Shown here one piece after another: positions 18,504 through 28,143 of a stretch of 64,000 bases of DNA. The notes below the pieces were generated by a model. The model was not told where the DNA came from. It saw only the letters and a program-made list of their open reading frames with translations, and searched no databases. Source of the stretch: a bacterium (lineage in GTDB: Bacteria; UBA8248; JACPRG01; G963555815); the NCBI GenBank assembly GCA_965261595.1, contig CBDHDG010000001.1, forward strand, positions 128,001 to 192,000, in the 5' to 3' direction. Positions within the stretch are counted from its first letter, which is position 1, and the number at the start of each line of letters is the position of its first letter. Made by a program: the position numbers and the translations under genes.

Positions 18504-19193
18504 CTAAACCTCGGATTTGAACTTATATCCCTTACCGCGAACCGTAAAAAAGTGCCGGGGACGGGTCGGATCCGGTTCAAGCTTATTCCTGAGACGCGCA
18601 ACGTGGATGTCCACCGTCCGCGTGACCGATCCCGCTTCGTAGCCCCAGATCTCAACAAGGAGCCGGTCACGCTCCAAGGTCTCTCCATCGTGCTCCAGGA
18701 AATACCACAGAAGGCTGAATTCCATCGGAGAGAGACTGATGATATTTCCCGCCCGAGTCACCTTCCGCTTGATGGAATCACAGGTGATGTCCGCGAAACG
18801 GTGAACAAACTGCCGGGTCCAATTTTCCGACCACCTGAGCAGGGCCTTGACCCTTGCGAGCAATTCCGCCAGATTCACCGGTTTGGTCAGATAATCGTCC
18901 GCGCCCGTCTCGAACCCCTTCAACATGTCTTCTTCCGGGGATTTCGCCGTCAGAAAAAGAATCATCAGGTCGGGGCATTCCACGCGCAGCTTCCGGCACA
19001 CCTCCAAACCATCCATACCCGGCATCATGATGTCCAGAATAACCAAGTCCGGCTGGTTCTCCATCGCGGCCTGGATGCCCGTCGAGCCGTCGGCGGCCGT
19101 GTTTACGTCGTAGCCTTCCGCAACCAGATCCTTTTCGAGAATCTCCAAGAACGGGCGTTCGTCATCCACCAAAAGGATTCGGGGCCGAGTCAA
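18504..19193 (-). CDS. OmpR-family response regulator (no kinase adjacent)
   Basis: LLVDDE, LDIMMP, LTAK, GADDYLTKP, TRTVDIHV..LRNK, TVRGKGY; TTG start inferred. Confidence 0.93.
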   Translation of the reverse strand: MTRPRILLVDDERPFLEILEKDLVAEGYDVNTAADGSTGIQAAMENQPDLVILDIMMPGMDGLEVCRKLRVECPDLMILFLTAKSPEEDMLKGFETGADDYLTKPVNLAELLARVKALLRWSENWTRQFVHRFADITCDSIKRKVTRAGNIISLSPMEFSLLWYFLEHDGETLERDRLLVEIWGYEAGSVTRTVDIHVARLRNKLEPDPTRPRHFFTVRGKGYKFKSEV

Positions 19194-19780
19194 GATACCC
19201 CCCTTTCCATGCATGAATCAGGGCCGCACCCGGCGGACCCATCCCGGCGCGCGCTTTGGCCCTTCAACTCAGAAAGCATTCCGTGTATGAATTAGGGCCG
19301 TAACCAGCGGTCCCCATAAGATCATCGGAAATTTTCTGTATTTACTTTAGTCCTTTTTAACCGATATTTTGTATGCCTTGTCTCCGTAAGACAAGGGACC
19401 TCAGGCGACCCTTCGTATTCAGGAAGGAATCGGTCCCACTCACTTATTTTTTTAAGTCATTCATTCCATGATGGTCGACCAATCGAGTTGAAGTCAACCT
19501 TTCGGCCAGTCATTTTCGGAATGTAAACAGTATGTTGATTCTGGCATGATTATCCGAAATCCAAAGATTCGTGAAACCTCCAGGACCTCGCCGTCAGGCT
19601 CTTTTCAGGATGATCCGGAAAGTCCGATGAAAAATGTGGTTTTGGAGGGGAGAGGGGGGCATCCGCCATTCAACGCGGAATCCGACTTCGGCGACACCCC
19701 AAACACGTCTGTCGCGCCCGGGACGCCGCCGGAGATTGAGACATCGGCGGCGCGGCGCCTTTTTCCTTCTGACCCTTGCC

Positions 19781-20680
19781 CTATTTCACGAGGAGATGTC
19801 GAAGGGCCGCCTCCAATTCCGGGTGACGGAACACATAACCCGCGCCTACCAACCGGGCGGGCTCGACACGCGTGCTCGCCAGGAGAAGGGCGTCCGCCAT
19901 CTCACCCAGCGCAAGCCGGGCCGCAAAGGCGGGAAGCGGAAAGATCGTCGGACGGCGGATAACGCGCCCGAGCGTTTTGGTGAATTCCAGATTGACAACC
20001 GGTGAGGGTCCAACAGCGTTCACCGGCCCCCGGAGCGCCTCGGTGATCATCGCGTGGTGGATCGCCCCAACGACATCGTCCAGCGCAATCCAGCTCATGT
20101 ACTGGCCGCCGCCCCCGATCCTGCCGCCCAGGCCCAACCTGAAGGGGAGCAGCATCTTCGCGAGCGCCCCGCCTCGATCGCTCAGGACAATCCCGATCCG
20201 GAGCCTCACGACGCGCATCCCCGCCCGATCCGCCGGCCCGCTCGCCGCTTCCCATTCCCGGCAGACCTCGGCCAGGAATCCCGCGCCGGGGGGGCTTTCC
20301 TCGGTCAGAACCTCATCTCCCCGGTCCCCGTAATAGCCGATCGCGGAAGCGCTCACCAAAACCTCGGGCGGCCGTTCAAGACCGGCCAGGGCTTCGCAAA
20401 GCAGCCGCGCACCCCCCACCCTGCTGCTCCGTATCTTCGCTTTCCGGCCAACCGTCCATCGCCCGCCGGCGATGTTCTCGCCCGCCAGATGGACCACGGC
20501 GTCCAGCCCCTCCAATCCGTCCCGATCCACCTCACCCTTTTCAGGATCCCATCTCACCTCATCACCGTCCGGCTTCGGCCGGGCCCGCACCAGGCGGGTC
20601 ACATGGTGGCCGCCCTCGACCAGAAAAGGGATCAGAGCCGAGCCGATGAGACCGCTCGAACCTGTGATGAGAACCTTCAT
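19781..20680 (-). CDS. TIGR01777 family NAD-dependent epimerase-like oxidoreductase
   Basis: ITGSSGLIG, HLAGENIA, SASAIGYYG, WE, GGQYMSWI. Confidence 0.92.
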   Translation of the reverse strand: MKVLITGSSGLIGSALIPFLVEGGHHVTRLVRARPKPDGDEVRWDPEKGEVDRDGLEGLDAVVHLAGENIAGGRWTVGRKAKIRSSRVGGARLLCEALAGLERPPEVLVSASAIGYYGDRGDEVLTEESPPGAGFLAEVCREWEAASGPADRAGMRVVRLRIGIVLSDRGGALAKMLLPFRLGLGGRIGGGGQYMSWIALDDVVGAIHHAMITEALRGPVNAVGPSPVVNLEFTKTLGRVIRRPTIFPLPAFAARLALGEMADALLLASTRVEPARLVGAGYVFRHPELEAALRHLLVK

Positions 20681-20889
20681 GTCCGGGCCGCCTCACACCT
20701 TTGCGTTAAACGGAAGGTTCAGGACCGTCATCCCGCGTCCGGTTCCGCAATCCCGCGCGCGCGGACGGCGACCGAACCCGCCGCGGAGCGGGTTGTCGTA
20801 GGTTGTCGTAAGATTCAGCCGGGAAACACCCATCCCGCCATTCCCAACCCGGTCTTGCTTTGCGGCCGAACGGGGATCAGCGGGATCGC

Positions 20890-22002
20890 TTACCAAACCC
20901 CGTACATGAAGTCGCGGATGGCCGTGTAGGTCTCCGGGTTCCGGAGGCCCCGCTCGCTGAGGTAGGCGGCCATGATGCGGTTGAAGAAACCGTCGGCGGC
21001 CTGACAAACGTTCATCCCCTTCCCGTTCAAGGTCCGGTGGCCGCTCAACCGGCCGTGGCGCAGGAACACCGTTTCCAGCGGCGCGTAAACGGCGTCGTAG
21101 AACCGGACTTTCGTCGGGATCCGGGCGGACAACTCCGCCGAAAGCTTCTGGTTCTCCGACACATCCTTGCGCGAATCCTTCCACCAAGACGCGTAGAATT
21201 CGTTCTCCCGGCCTTCGGCCGGCCCGGGCGCGGAAGCCGGACGGGCGGGGGAGAGAGCGGAATACGGCTCCAGGCAAGTGGCTTGCCCGTCCGGAAGCTG
21301 CCGGGCGCCCCCCTGCCCTTTGACCGTCGCGTTCGCGATCAGGTCCACCTCCTGTGCGGCCTTCCCCAGATCCTTCTCCGCGATCCCCTCGGCCCGGCCT
21401 CCCGCCTCATTGACAGAGTCGGCCAGGGCCTGGGCGGCCTCCTCCGTCCGGTTGGCGATGTAGAGCGTCCGCCCCTCGGTCGCCTCGTTCAAATAATGGG
21501 CAAGCGCCGCCGCCGCGCCTCCCGCGCCGATCAGGAGCGCGCTTGCGCCTTTGAGATCGGGCAGGAAGGCCTCATTCTCACCCGGCTGGATCTGGGTGAT
21601 GCTATCGATTCCCCCCTGGGCGTCGGTGTTGCACCCGACCAGGCGGCCGTCCGCCTCTCTCACAACGGTGTTCACCGCCCCGATGCGGGCGGCCTTGGGC
21701 TCCACCTCGTCCACCAGGGGGATGATCTTCACCTTGTAAGGGACGGTGACGTTGAATCCCAGCAATTTGGGGTGGGCGCTCAGGGCCTTGAGCAACGCGG
21801 GGAGCCGCGACTCCTCCACATCGAAGGCGACATAGAAGGCGTCGAAATCAAACTTTTTCAGCGTGGGGTTCCAGATGACCGGGCTCTTGGCGTATTGGGA
21901 AGGACGGTCCCCCACGATGCCCACAAACCACGAAACCCCCTCGACCTCTTTCGGAAGCCGGTTGGAAATACAGTCCTGAACCGCATCAAGCTCGCTGACC
22001 AT
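20890..22002 (-). CDS. Divergent shikimate dehydrogenase (AroE) family protein
   Basis: GFNVTVPYK, GAVNT, NTD, GAGGAA, NRT, DAVYAP; longer than typical, with an insertion after NATVKG. Confidence 0.85.
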   Translation of the reverse strand: MVSELDAVQDCISNRLPKEVEGVSWFVGIVGDRPSQYAKSPVIWNPTLKKFDFDAFYVAFDVEESRLPALLKALSAHPKLLGFNVTVPYKVKIIPLVDEVEPKAARIGAVNTVVREADGRLVGCNTDAQGGIDSITQIQPGENEAFLPDLKGASALLIGAGGAAAALAHYLNEATEGRTLYIANRTEEAAQALADSVNEAGGRAEGIAEKDLGKAAQEVDLIANATVKGQGGARQLPDGQATCLEPYSALSPARPASAPGPAEGRENEFYASWWKDSRKDVSENQKLSAELSARIPTKVRFYDAVYAPLETVFLRHGRLSGHRTLNGKGMNVCQAADGFFNRIMAAYLSERGLRNPETYTAIRDFMYGVW

Positions 22003-22031
22003 CGCTCTCTTTCCACGTCCGCGTTCCGGTT

Positions 22032-22200
22032 TAGTGTCTCCAAAAAATTGACACTTCACAAACCGCAGAGACAGCGGGCAAGATGCCCGCCCCACCCGGT
22101 TTGAAAACACCGGCTTTCCGCCATTCGGTAGGCCGGGCATCTTGCCCGGCCGGAAAGGGGCAATTCGGGTCTCGATATGAAAACCATTTTCGAGACACTA
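22032..22200. mobile_element. MITE-like element with TA-flanked terminal inverted repeats enclosing an inverted REP doublet
   Basis: TAGTGTCTC..AAAA (22032) versus TTTT.GAGACACTA (22200); GCGGGCAAGATGCCCGCCCCACC (22074) and GGTAGGCCGGGCATCTTGCCCGGC (22127). Confidence 0.65.
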
Positions 22201-22202
22201 CA

Positions 22203-23075
22203 CTAGAGGGTCTTCCCCACCACCCGCGCGATGCCCCGAAGGTCGCCCATGAGGCCGTCGAACACCTCATAGCTCAGCGCCTGGAGCGGGTCCACCGCGG
22301 CCTTCTCCGGCGTCGGGTGAACTTCCAGGATCAGACCGTCCGCGCCCGCCGCGATTGCGGCCCGGGAGATGGCCGGCACGAACTTCCGGTTGAAGGTCGC
22401 GTGACTCGGATCGATGACGATGGGCAGATGGGAGTAGCTCTGCACGGCCGGGATGGCCTGAATGTCCACGATGAACCGGGCCGTCGGCTCATGCGTATGC
22501 GCGGCCGAAACCCCCCGCTCGCACAGGACGACCTGGTTGTTCCCGTGATGGTAGAGATATTCCGCCGCCCCCAGCCAATCCCGGATGCCGCATCCGAAAT
22601 GCCGCTTGAGAAGGACAGGCTTTCCGCACCGGCCAAGTTCTTCCAACAAGGGAAAGTTCTGCATGTTTCTCGCCCCGACCTGGATCATGTCGGCCGTTTC
22701 GGCCACCTGATCGACGAGGCGGACGTCGACCACCTCGGTCACGAGGGGCAGGCCGGTTTCGTCCCGAACCCGCCGCATGAACGCGAGCCCTTCCTCGCCC
22801 AGCTCGAAGGCGGTCTCGCTCCGGTACGGGAAGGTCATGGGCTTGTAGGCCCCGCCCCGCAGGAGGACGGCCCCGCTGGCTTTGACGTGGCCCGCGATGT
22901 CCCGAAGCTGGTCCAGGTTCTCGATCGTGCAGGGGCCGGCCATGACACAGAGCTTCTCCCCGCCGATCTCGACGTCCCCGACGCGGACGATGCTCGTCTC
23001 CCCCCCCTCCCGCCCGTCGCGCCGGGAGACCAGAGGGAAATTGTTCTCGATATCCTTCGATCCGATGTCCTTCAC
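22203..23075 (-). CDS. DAHP synthase class I-beta / KDSA family aldolase with non-canonical KPMTFP motif
   Basis: MAGPC, RGGAYKP, QVGARNMQN, LKR, CERG, DPSH, LEVH; no N-terminal regulatory domain. Confidence 0.88.
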   Translation of the reverse strand: MKDIGSKDIENNFPLVSRRDGREGGETSIVRVGDVEIGGEKLCVMAGPCTIENLDQLRDIAGHVKASGAVLLRGGAYKPMTFPYRSETAFELGEEGLAFMRRVRDETGLPLVTEVVDVRLVDQVAETADMIQVGARNMQNFPLLEELGRCGKPVLLKRHFGCGIRDWLGAAEYLYHHGNNQVVLCERGVSAAHTHEPTARFIVDIQAIPAVQSYSHLPIVIDPSHATFNRKFVPAISRAAIAAGADGLILEVHPTPEKAAVDPLQALSYEVFDGLMGDLRGIARVVGKTL

Positions 23076-23109
23076 AGTCCAACCTCTCTTCCCAAGAATC
23101 GAATCACGC

Positions 23110-24126
23110 CTACAGGGGAACGGCCCGACGCTCGCGGCTGGATTCGTAAACGGCGTCCATGGTCCTGGCCAGATGCACGCCGCTGTTCACCACGCCCGCG
23201 GCGGGCGCCTTGCGGGTCTTGACCGAATCCAGAAAGGCCTCCAGCTCCATGACAACCTGATCCACGGGACTGGCCGTCCCGATCACAGGGGCGTGCCCGC
23301 CCCCGCGCACGGCCGTCCATGTGCCGTCGATCAATTCATGCCGGATCTCGTGAACCGTCAGCTCTTCCACCTCGAAATCGGCGACGATGGTGGCCTTCGT
23401 TCCCATGACCCAGAGGTCCTTGGTGGTCATGGCGTTGGGGACGACCTTTTCGATCCACCGGCCCGGCTGGATGTACCCCGACTCCACCCTCCCGATGGCC
23501 CCGCCCGGGTATTCGAGCACGACCAGGGAGGTGTCCTCGAGGCCGCGGCCGAAGTGGTCCCGGACGACCGAGGTCAGGACGGTCTCCGCCGGACCGAGAA
23601 ACCAGTTGTAGAGATCGAAGAAATGGATGGCGTCCGTGTGGGTGACGCCCACGTCGTTCCGGGCCCGCTTGAACCCCAGGAAGTTTCCGGCGATGTAGCG
23701 GATCTCGCCCAGGGCGCCCGAGTCGATCCGCTCCTTGATGAACCGGGAGATGGGATGAAACCGGTAGTAATACCCCACCTGGAGAATCTTCCCGGTCTTC
23801 TCCACCAGGGATGCGAGCGCCTCGGCTTCCTCCGTCGCGACCGTGATGGGTTTTTCGACAAAAACATCCTTGCCCGCTTCGATGGCCTCGCGGCAGAGGG
23901 GGAAGTGGCTGTCGGATGGAGTCACCACGTCCACGACATCGGCCCCGTCCAGGAATTCCCTGTAGTCGGCCGAGAAGTGATCGGGCGAAATCCCGTACCG
24001 CTTGAGCAGCTCGAAGGCCCCGGGCCTCAGGTCCGCCACGTACAGGGAATCCGCCAAACCCATCCGGGCCCAGGCCTCGATGTGGTTCTTGCCGAACCCG
24101 CCAAGGCCGATCTGCAATACCTTCAA
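23110..24126 (-). CDS. Gfo/Idh/MocA family oxidoreductase
   Basis: IGLGGFG, VVTPSDSH, VFVEKP, RFHP, DAIHFFD; TTG start inferred. Confidence 0.9.
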   Translation of the reverse strand: MKVLQIGLGGFGKNHIEAWARMGLADSLYVADLRPGAFELLKRYGISPDHFSADYREFLDGADVVDVVTPSDSHFPLCREAIEAGKDVFVEKPITVATEEAEALASLVEKTGKILQVGYYYRFHPISRFIKERIDSGALGEIRYIAGNFLGFKRARNDVGVTHTDAIHFFDLYNWFLGPAETVLTSVVRDHFGRGLEDTSLVVLEYPGGAIGRVESGYIQPGRWIEKVVPNAMTTKDLWVMGTKATIVADFEVEELTVHEIRHELIDGTWTAVRGGGHAPVIGTASPVDQVVMELEAFLDSVKTRKAPAAGVVNSGVHLARTMDAVYESSRERRAVPL

Positions 24127-24181
24127 AGAGATGCCCCTATTTCGATGGACAGGTGAGCCGATGGAGTAGGAAACGTCCAAA

Positions 24182-24210
24182 ATTCTAGGGAAGGGACGAA
24201 AGACTGTCAA
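24182..24210 (-). promoter_or_regulatory. Sigma-70 promoter for the oxidoreductase/DAHPS-like/AroE-like operon
   Basis: TTGACA-N17-TAGAAT on the minus strand. Confidence 0.75.
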
Positions 24211-24318
24211 CCCGACGGACCCAAGGCTCAAAATGCCTGATCGGGCATGCGGGTCGTTTGACCCTTCCCGGCGTCTCCGGCTTGGGCGGTGGGATTCCGG
24301 ACGGTTTTCGAACAAAAG

Positions 24319-24345
24319 AAAAGGGCGGCCCCTTGCCGCCCTTTT
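24319..24345 (-). terminator. Intrinsic terminator after the tRNA pair
   Basis: AAAAGGGCGGC-loop-GCCGCCCTTTT followed by a U tract on the minus strand. Confidence 0.8.
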
Positions 24346-24365
24346 CCACTCAACCATAAAATTTC

Positions 24366-24442
24366 TGGCGGGGTTGACGGGACTTGAACCCGCGACCTCT
24401 GGCTTGACAGGCCAGCGTTCTAACCAACTGAACTACAACCCC
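24366..24442 (-). tRNA. tRNA-Asp(GTC)
   Basis: Cloverleaf GGGGTTG..CAACCCC-G-CCA; anticodon arm CTGGC-CTGTCAA-GCCAG; GTTCAAG T loop. Confidence 0.97.
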
Positions 24443-24466
24443 GTAGTAGTCATTTTCCATTTTGGG

Positions 24467-24539
24467 TGGGCGGAACAGGGCTCGAACCTGTGACCTCCGG
24501 CTTGTAAGGCCGGCGCTCTTCCAGCTGAGCTATCCGCCC
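24467..24539 (-). tRNA. tRNA-Val(TAC)
   Basis: GGGCGGA..TCCGCCC-A; anticodon arm CCGGC-CTTACAA-GCCGG; followed by CCCA rather than CCA. Confidence 0.95.
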
Positions 24540-24724
24540 CGTCCCCGCAGCCCTCACAATATATGACCACGGCGGAAATCCCGTCAAGCTGATTTGTCCT
24601 CGCTTCCGTCCCCGGGCGCCCGGGTCACCTCGCATCATCCATGAATGGACGCCAGGGGTTCAACCCATTAAACTTGGTCCTCTGTGATTCGATCCGCTCG
24701 TTCTTCGCTCCGGACACCCGATTG

Positions 24725-25753
24725 ATGACGAAAAAATCGCTTCCATTCAGTCCGCGCGGATCCGCCGTCTTCTTTTTGATTGCCGTCTTCGGCCTCGCCG
24801 CGTATTTCCCGGCGGCCTCCCGGGCGGCCGGACGGGTTCAGGTCGCCCTGGGGCCGTCCGTAACGACGGACATGATCGCCCGGCGCCTGCGCGATTCGGG
24901 AATCCTGAAGAAATGGGGAGCGGAAGCCGGTGTGGACTTTGAGATGAAGACCACCCTCAACGCCAACCTCCGTATCGCTAAAAACCAGTCGCAGATCGTC
25001 CTGATGAGCACCATCGACATCGCCCGCTTGGTGGTGGATGACGGGTTGGAGCTGGTGATCTGGGGAAAGGATTCCACGTCGTATGAGGGCTTGTACGCGA
25101 AGGCCGGCCGGCCGGGGGAGTCGCCGGGCGATTTCAAGGGCAAGAGACTCGTCCATCCGGGCTGGAATACGCGCGCGACGAGGATTGGAAAGGTCATTCT
25201 GGCCGCGCTCTCGGGGGTGGATGCCGAAACCGATTTCGAGATCGTGACGGCCCCCTGGCGCATCGGCCCCGAGAAACTCATCGAGGACGAGGCCGATATC
25301 GCCATCAACGCCATGCCGTTCGTTTTGAAATCCCTGCTCAAGAAGAAGCTCCGGGGCGTGGGCAAGAGTTTTGCGCGTGACTGGGCCGACAGGCGGGGAG
25401 GCGGCCGGCGGCTCGGCGGGTTGTTCTGGAGCGCCTGGCAGGGCTGGCTCGATCGGGAAACGCCCAAGGCCCGCGCCCTGTTGGCCGCCTGGGCCGAGGG
25501 GATGTCGTACGCCCATCAACAAACACAGGAATGGGCGCAAAAATATCTACCCGGATCCCTGCGCGGCGCGACGCCGGAGGACATCGAATATTTCGTTCGC
25601 TGGTTCCAGGAAGAACAACCCGTCTACAAGACCCCTTACCTTTCCGCCCGGGATGTCGAGGACGAAACGGCCTTTCTGAAACTCGCGGTGCGGCAGAAAC
25701 TCGTACGAGCGCTGCCGAAAAATTCCATTTGGCGGGTGATCCGCCCTCGATAA
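24725..25753 (+). CDS. Stand-alone type II periplasmic binding protein (NMT1/SsuA-like)
   Basis: Signal peptide ending ASRA; DFKGKRL; C-terminal ARALLAAWAEGMSY resembles SsuA/THI5-like proteins. Confidence 0.6.
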   Translation: MTKKSLPFSPRGSAVFFLIAVFGLAAYFPAASRAAGRVQVALGPSVTTDMIARRLRDSGILKKWGAEAGVDFEMKTTLNANLRIAKNQSQIVLMSTIDIARLVVDDGLELVIWGKDSTSYEGLYAKAGRPGESPGDFKGKRLVHPGWNTRATRIGKVILAALSGVDAETDFEIVTAPWRIGPEKLIEDEADIAINAMPFVLKSLLKKKLRGVGKSFARDWADRRGGGRRLGGLFWSAWQGWLDRETPKARALLAAWAEGMSYAHQQTQEWAQKYLPGSLRGATPEDIEYFVRWFQEEQPVYKTPYLSARDVEDETAFLKLAVRQKLVRALPKNSIWRVIRPR

Positions 25754-25993
25754 CACCGGGGCTCAAGCCGATGAGGATTGCGCGCGGAGGGGGGGGGGGA
25801 TGACCCGGCCCTTCGGGAGCAGGCCCTCCGATTGACCTCTCGCGGGCCATCTGGTAGGGTCCGAAACTCAAGATCCCGGCCATCCTTTTTCGCCTGAAAT
25901 CCCGGGCTCCCGCATGGGTCCTTGAGCCGCCGGGGGTTGATTTCATCGAATGTCTTCGGTCTCGATATCGGTCTCGATAGAGGAACGGCGCCC

Positions 25994-27178
25994 ATGAAGG
26001 ATGTGGTCATCGTCGGGGGGGTGAGAACCCCCGGAGGGAAATTCGGCGGAACGCTCAAGGACACGCCCGTCCCCGAGCTCGGGGCCCTGACGGTCCATGA
26101 AGTGGTCCGCCGGACCGGGATCGACCCGAGTGCCGTGGACGAGGTGATCTTCGGCAACGGTTGGCAGGCGGGCGTCGGCCCGAACACCGCCCGGCTCGTG
26201 ACGGTCAAGGGCGGGCTTCCCGAGAAAGTCCCGGCCTTTACGGTCAACAAGCGGTGCGGATCGAGCCTGAAGACCATCATCCTCGGAGCGCAGGCCATTC
26301 GGGCCGGCGATGCCGACACCGTCCTGGTCGGCGGCGTCGAAAACACCAGCCGGGTGCCGTACGTCCTTCAGGACGCCCGGTGGGGGATGCGGCAAGGCCA
26401 CGGCGAGGTGGTGGACCTCACCCACAAGGACGGGTACGTCTGCGGCCTGATCGGCGAGATCATGGGCGCGACGGCCGAGACCCTGGCCGTCCAATTCGCC
26501 ATCAGTCGGGATGAGCAGGACGAATTCGCGCTTCAAAGCCACCAGAAGGCCCTCGCCGCCATCGACGCCTCGGTCTTCGACGACGAGGTGGTCTCCATTC
26601 CGCTCAACGGCGGACGAAAAGGCCCGGACAGCCTGGACGTGGACGAGATTCCCCGCCGGGACATCTCGCTGGAAAAGCTGGGGAGGCTCAGGCCCATCTT
26701 CAAAAAAGACGGGACGGTCACCGCCGGCAACGCCTGCGCCCAATGCGACGCGGCCTCGGCCTTGATCCTCATGTCGGCCGAGCGCGCGGCCGAGCTCGAA
26801 ATGACACCCATGGCCCGCATCGTCAGCTACGCAAGCGCGGGCGTGGACCCGAAGGTCATGGGAATCGGGCCGGTCCCGGCGGTCCGAACGGCCCTGGAAA
26901 AGGCCGGGATGACACTCGATTCGATTGACCTCATCGAGTTGAACGAGGCCTTCGCGGCCCAGGCCATCGCCGTCGAGCGCGAGCTGAAGTGGGACCGCAA
27001 CAAGGTGAACGTCCACGGCGGCGCCATCGCCCTCGGCCACCCGGTGGGCGCCACCGGCGCCAAAATCACGGTGACCCTCCTTCACGCCCTCCAGCGACAA
27101 GACAAGACCATCGGGTTGGCGACGCTTTGCATCGGAGGCGGTCTAGGGGTGGCAATCCTCTTCGAGCGGCTGAGCTGA
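25994..27178 (+). CDS. Acetyl-CoA C-acyltransferase (thiolase)
   Basis: NKRCGSSL, NEAF, GGAIALGHPVGATG, LCIGGG. Confidence 0.95.
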   Translation: MKDVVIVGGVRTPGGKFGGTLKDTPVPELGALTVHEVVRRTGIDPSAVDEVIFGNGWQAGVGPNTARLVTVKGGLPEKVPAFTVNKRCGSSLKTIILGAQAIRAGDADTVLVGGVENTSRVPYVLQDARWGMRQGHGEVVDLTHKDGYVCGLIGEIMGATAETLAVQFAISRDEQDEFALQSHQKALAAIDASVFDDEVVSIPLNGGRKGPDSLDVDEIPRRDISLEKLGRLRPIFKKDGTVTAGNACAQCDAASALILMSAERAAELEMTPMARIVSYASAGVDPKVMGIGPVPAVRTALEKAGMTLDSIDLIELNEAFAAQAIAVERELKWDRNKVNVHGGAIALGHPVGATGAKITVTLLHALQRQDKTIGLATLCIGGGLGVAILFERLS

Positions 27179-27220
27179 TTGCGAGTCAATCCGGATGATT
27201 CCTGACGGAGGAAGCGCCCG

Positions 27221-28084
27221 ATGCCGGTAAAACACTTGTTCGTCGTCGGGGCGGGCCGGATGGGCGCCGGCATCGCCCAGCTCGCGGCCCAGCGGGGGAT
27301 TCAGGTCACGCTCATGGACGTGAGCGATGACCTTGTCCGGGCGGGCGTGGAGCGGACGGCCAAGTCCCTCCAGGGACGGGTGGACAAGGACAAGCTCACG
27401 CCCGAAGACCGGGAGGCCGCGCTTTCCCGGATCTCCGCCACAACCCGGCTCTCGGACGCGTCGCCGTGTGATTTCGTTCTCGAAGCGATTGTCGAAGACA
27501 TCGGAGTCAAAAGGAAGGTCTTCGGGGAGCTTGAGGAGGCGGTCGCGGACGGGGCCGTCCTGGCCAGCAACACGACGGCGCTTTCGATCAGCGAGATCGC
27601 CGCCTCGACCCGGCGTCCGGAGAGGGTCATCGGGATGCACTTTTTCAATCCGCCGGTCGTCATGAAACTGGTGGAGATCATCCCCGGCATGGCGACGTCC
27701 TCCCGGACGGTCGAGACCACGCGGGCATTGGCCGCCGATTTGGGAAAAGACCCGGTGGTCACGAACTTCGAATCCCCCGCCGGCATCGTCAGCCGGGTCC
27801 TGTCCGGCCTGCTCAATGAAGCGGTCCTGGTCTACGAGGCGGGCGTGGCTTCCGCGGAGGACGTGGACAAGGCCATGAAACTGGGGACCAACATGCCCAT
27901 GGGGCCCCTCGCCCTTTTGGACCTGATCGGCCTGGATGTCCACATGGCCAAGATGGAGACCCTCCACCGGGAGCTCGGGGACTCCCGGTACAGGACTCCC
28001 TACCTGGTCCGAAAGATGGTCAAGGCCGGGCGTCTGGGCGTGAAATCCGGCAAGGGGTTTTACGAGTATCCGGGTTCCTCCTGA
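27221..28084 (+). CDS. 3-hydroxyacyl-CoA dehydrogenase (Hbd-like)
   Basis: GAGRMGAGIA, EAIVE, ASNT, GMHFFNP, PMGP, GVKSGKGFY. Confidence 0.95.
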   Translation: MPVKHLFVVGAGRMGAGIAQLAAQRGIQVTLMDVSDDLVRAGVERTAKSLQGRVDKDKLTPEDREAALSRISATTRLSDASPCDFVLEAIVEDIGVKRKVFGELEEAVADGAVLASNTTALSISEIAASTRRPERVIGMHFFNPPVVMKLVEIIPGMATSSRTVETTRALAADLGKDPVVTNFESPAGIVSRVLSGLLNEAVLVYEAGVASAEDVDKAMKLGTNMPMGPLALLDLIGLDVHMAKMETLHRELGDSRYRTPYLVRKMVKAGRLGVKSGKGFYEYPGSS

Positions 28085-28143
28085 GGCCCATGAAAGGGAT
28101 ATTATAGAATTAATAAATATGAATAATATCAATAGATTATAAT

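Noticed and set aside
22203..23075. The aldolase as the kdsA missing upstream of lptC
   Set aside because: It lacks the KANRS motif and its overall motifs are DAHPS I-beta-like
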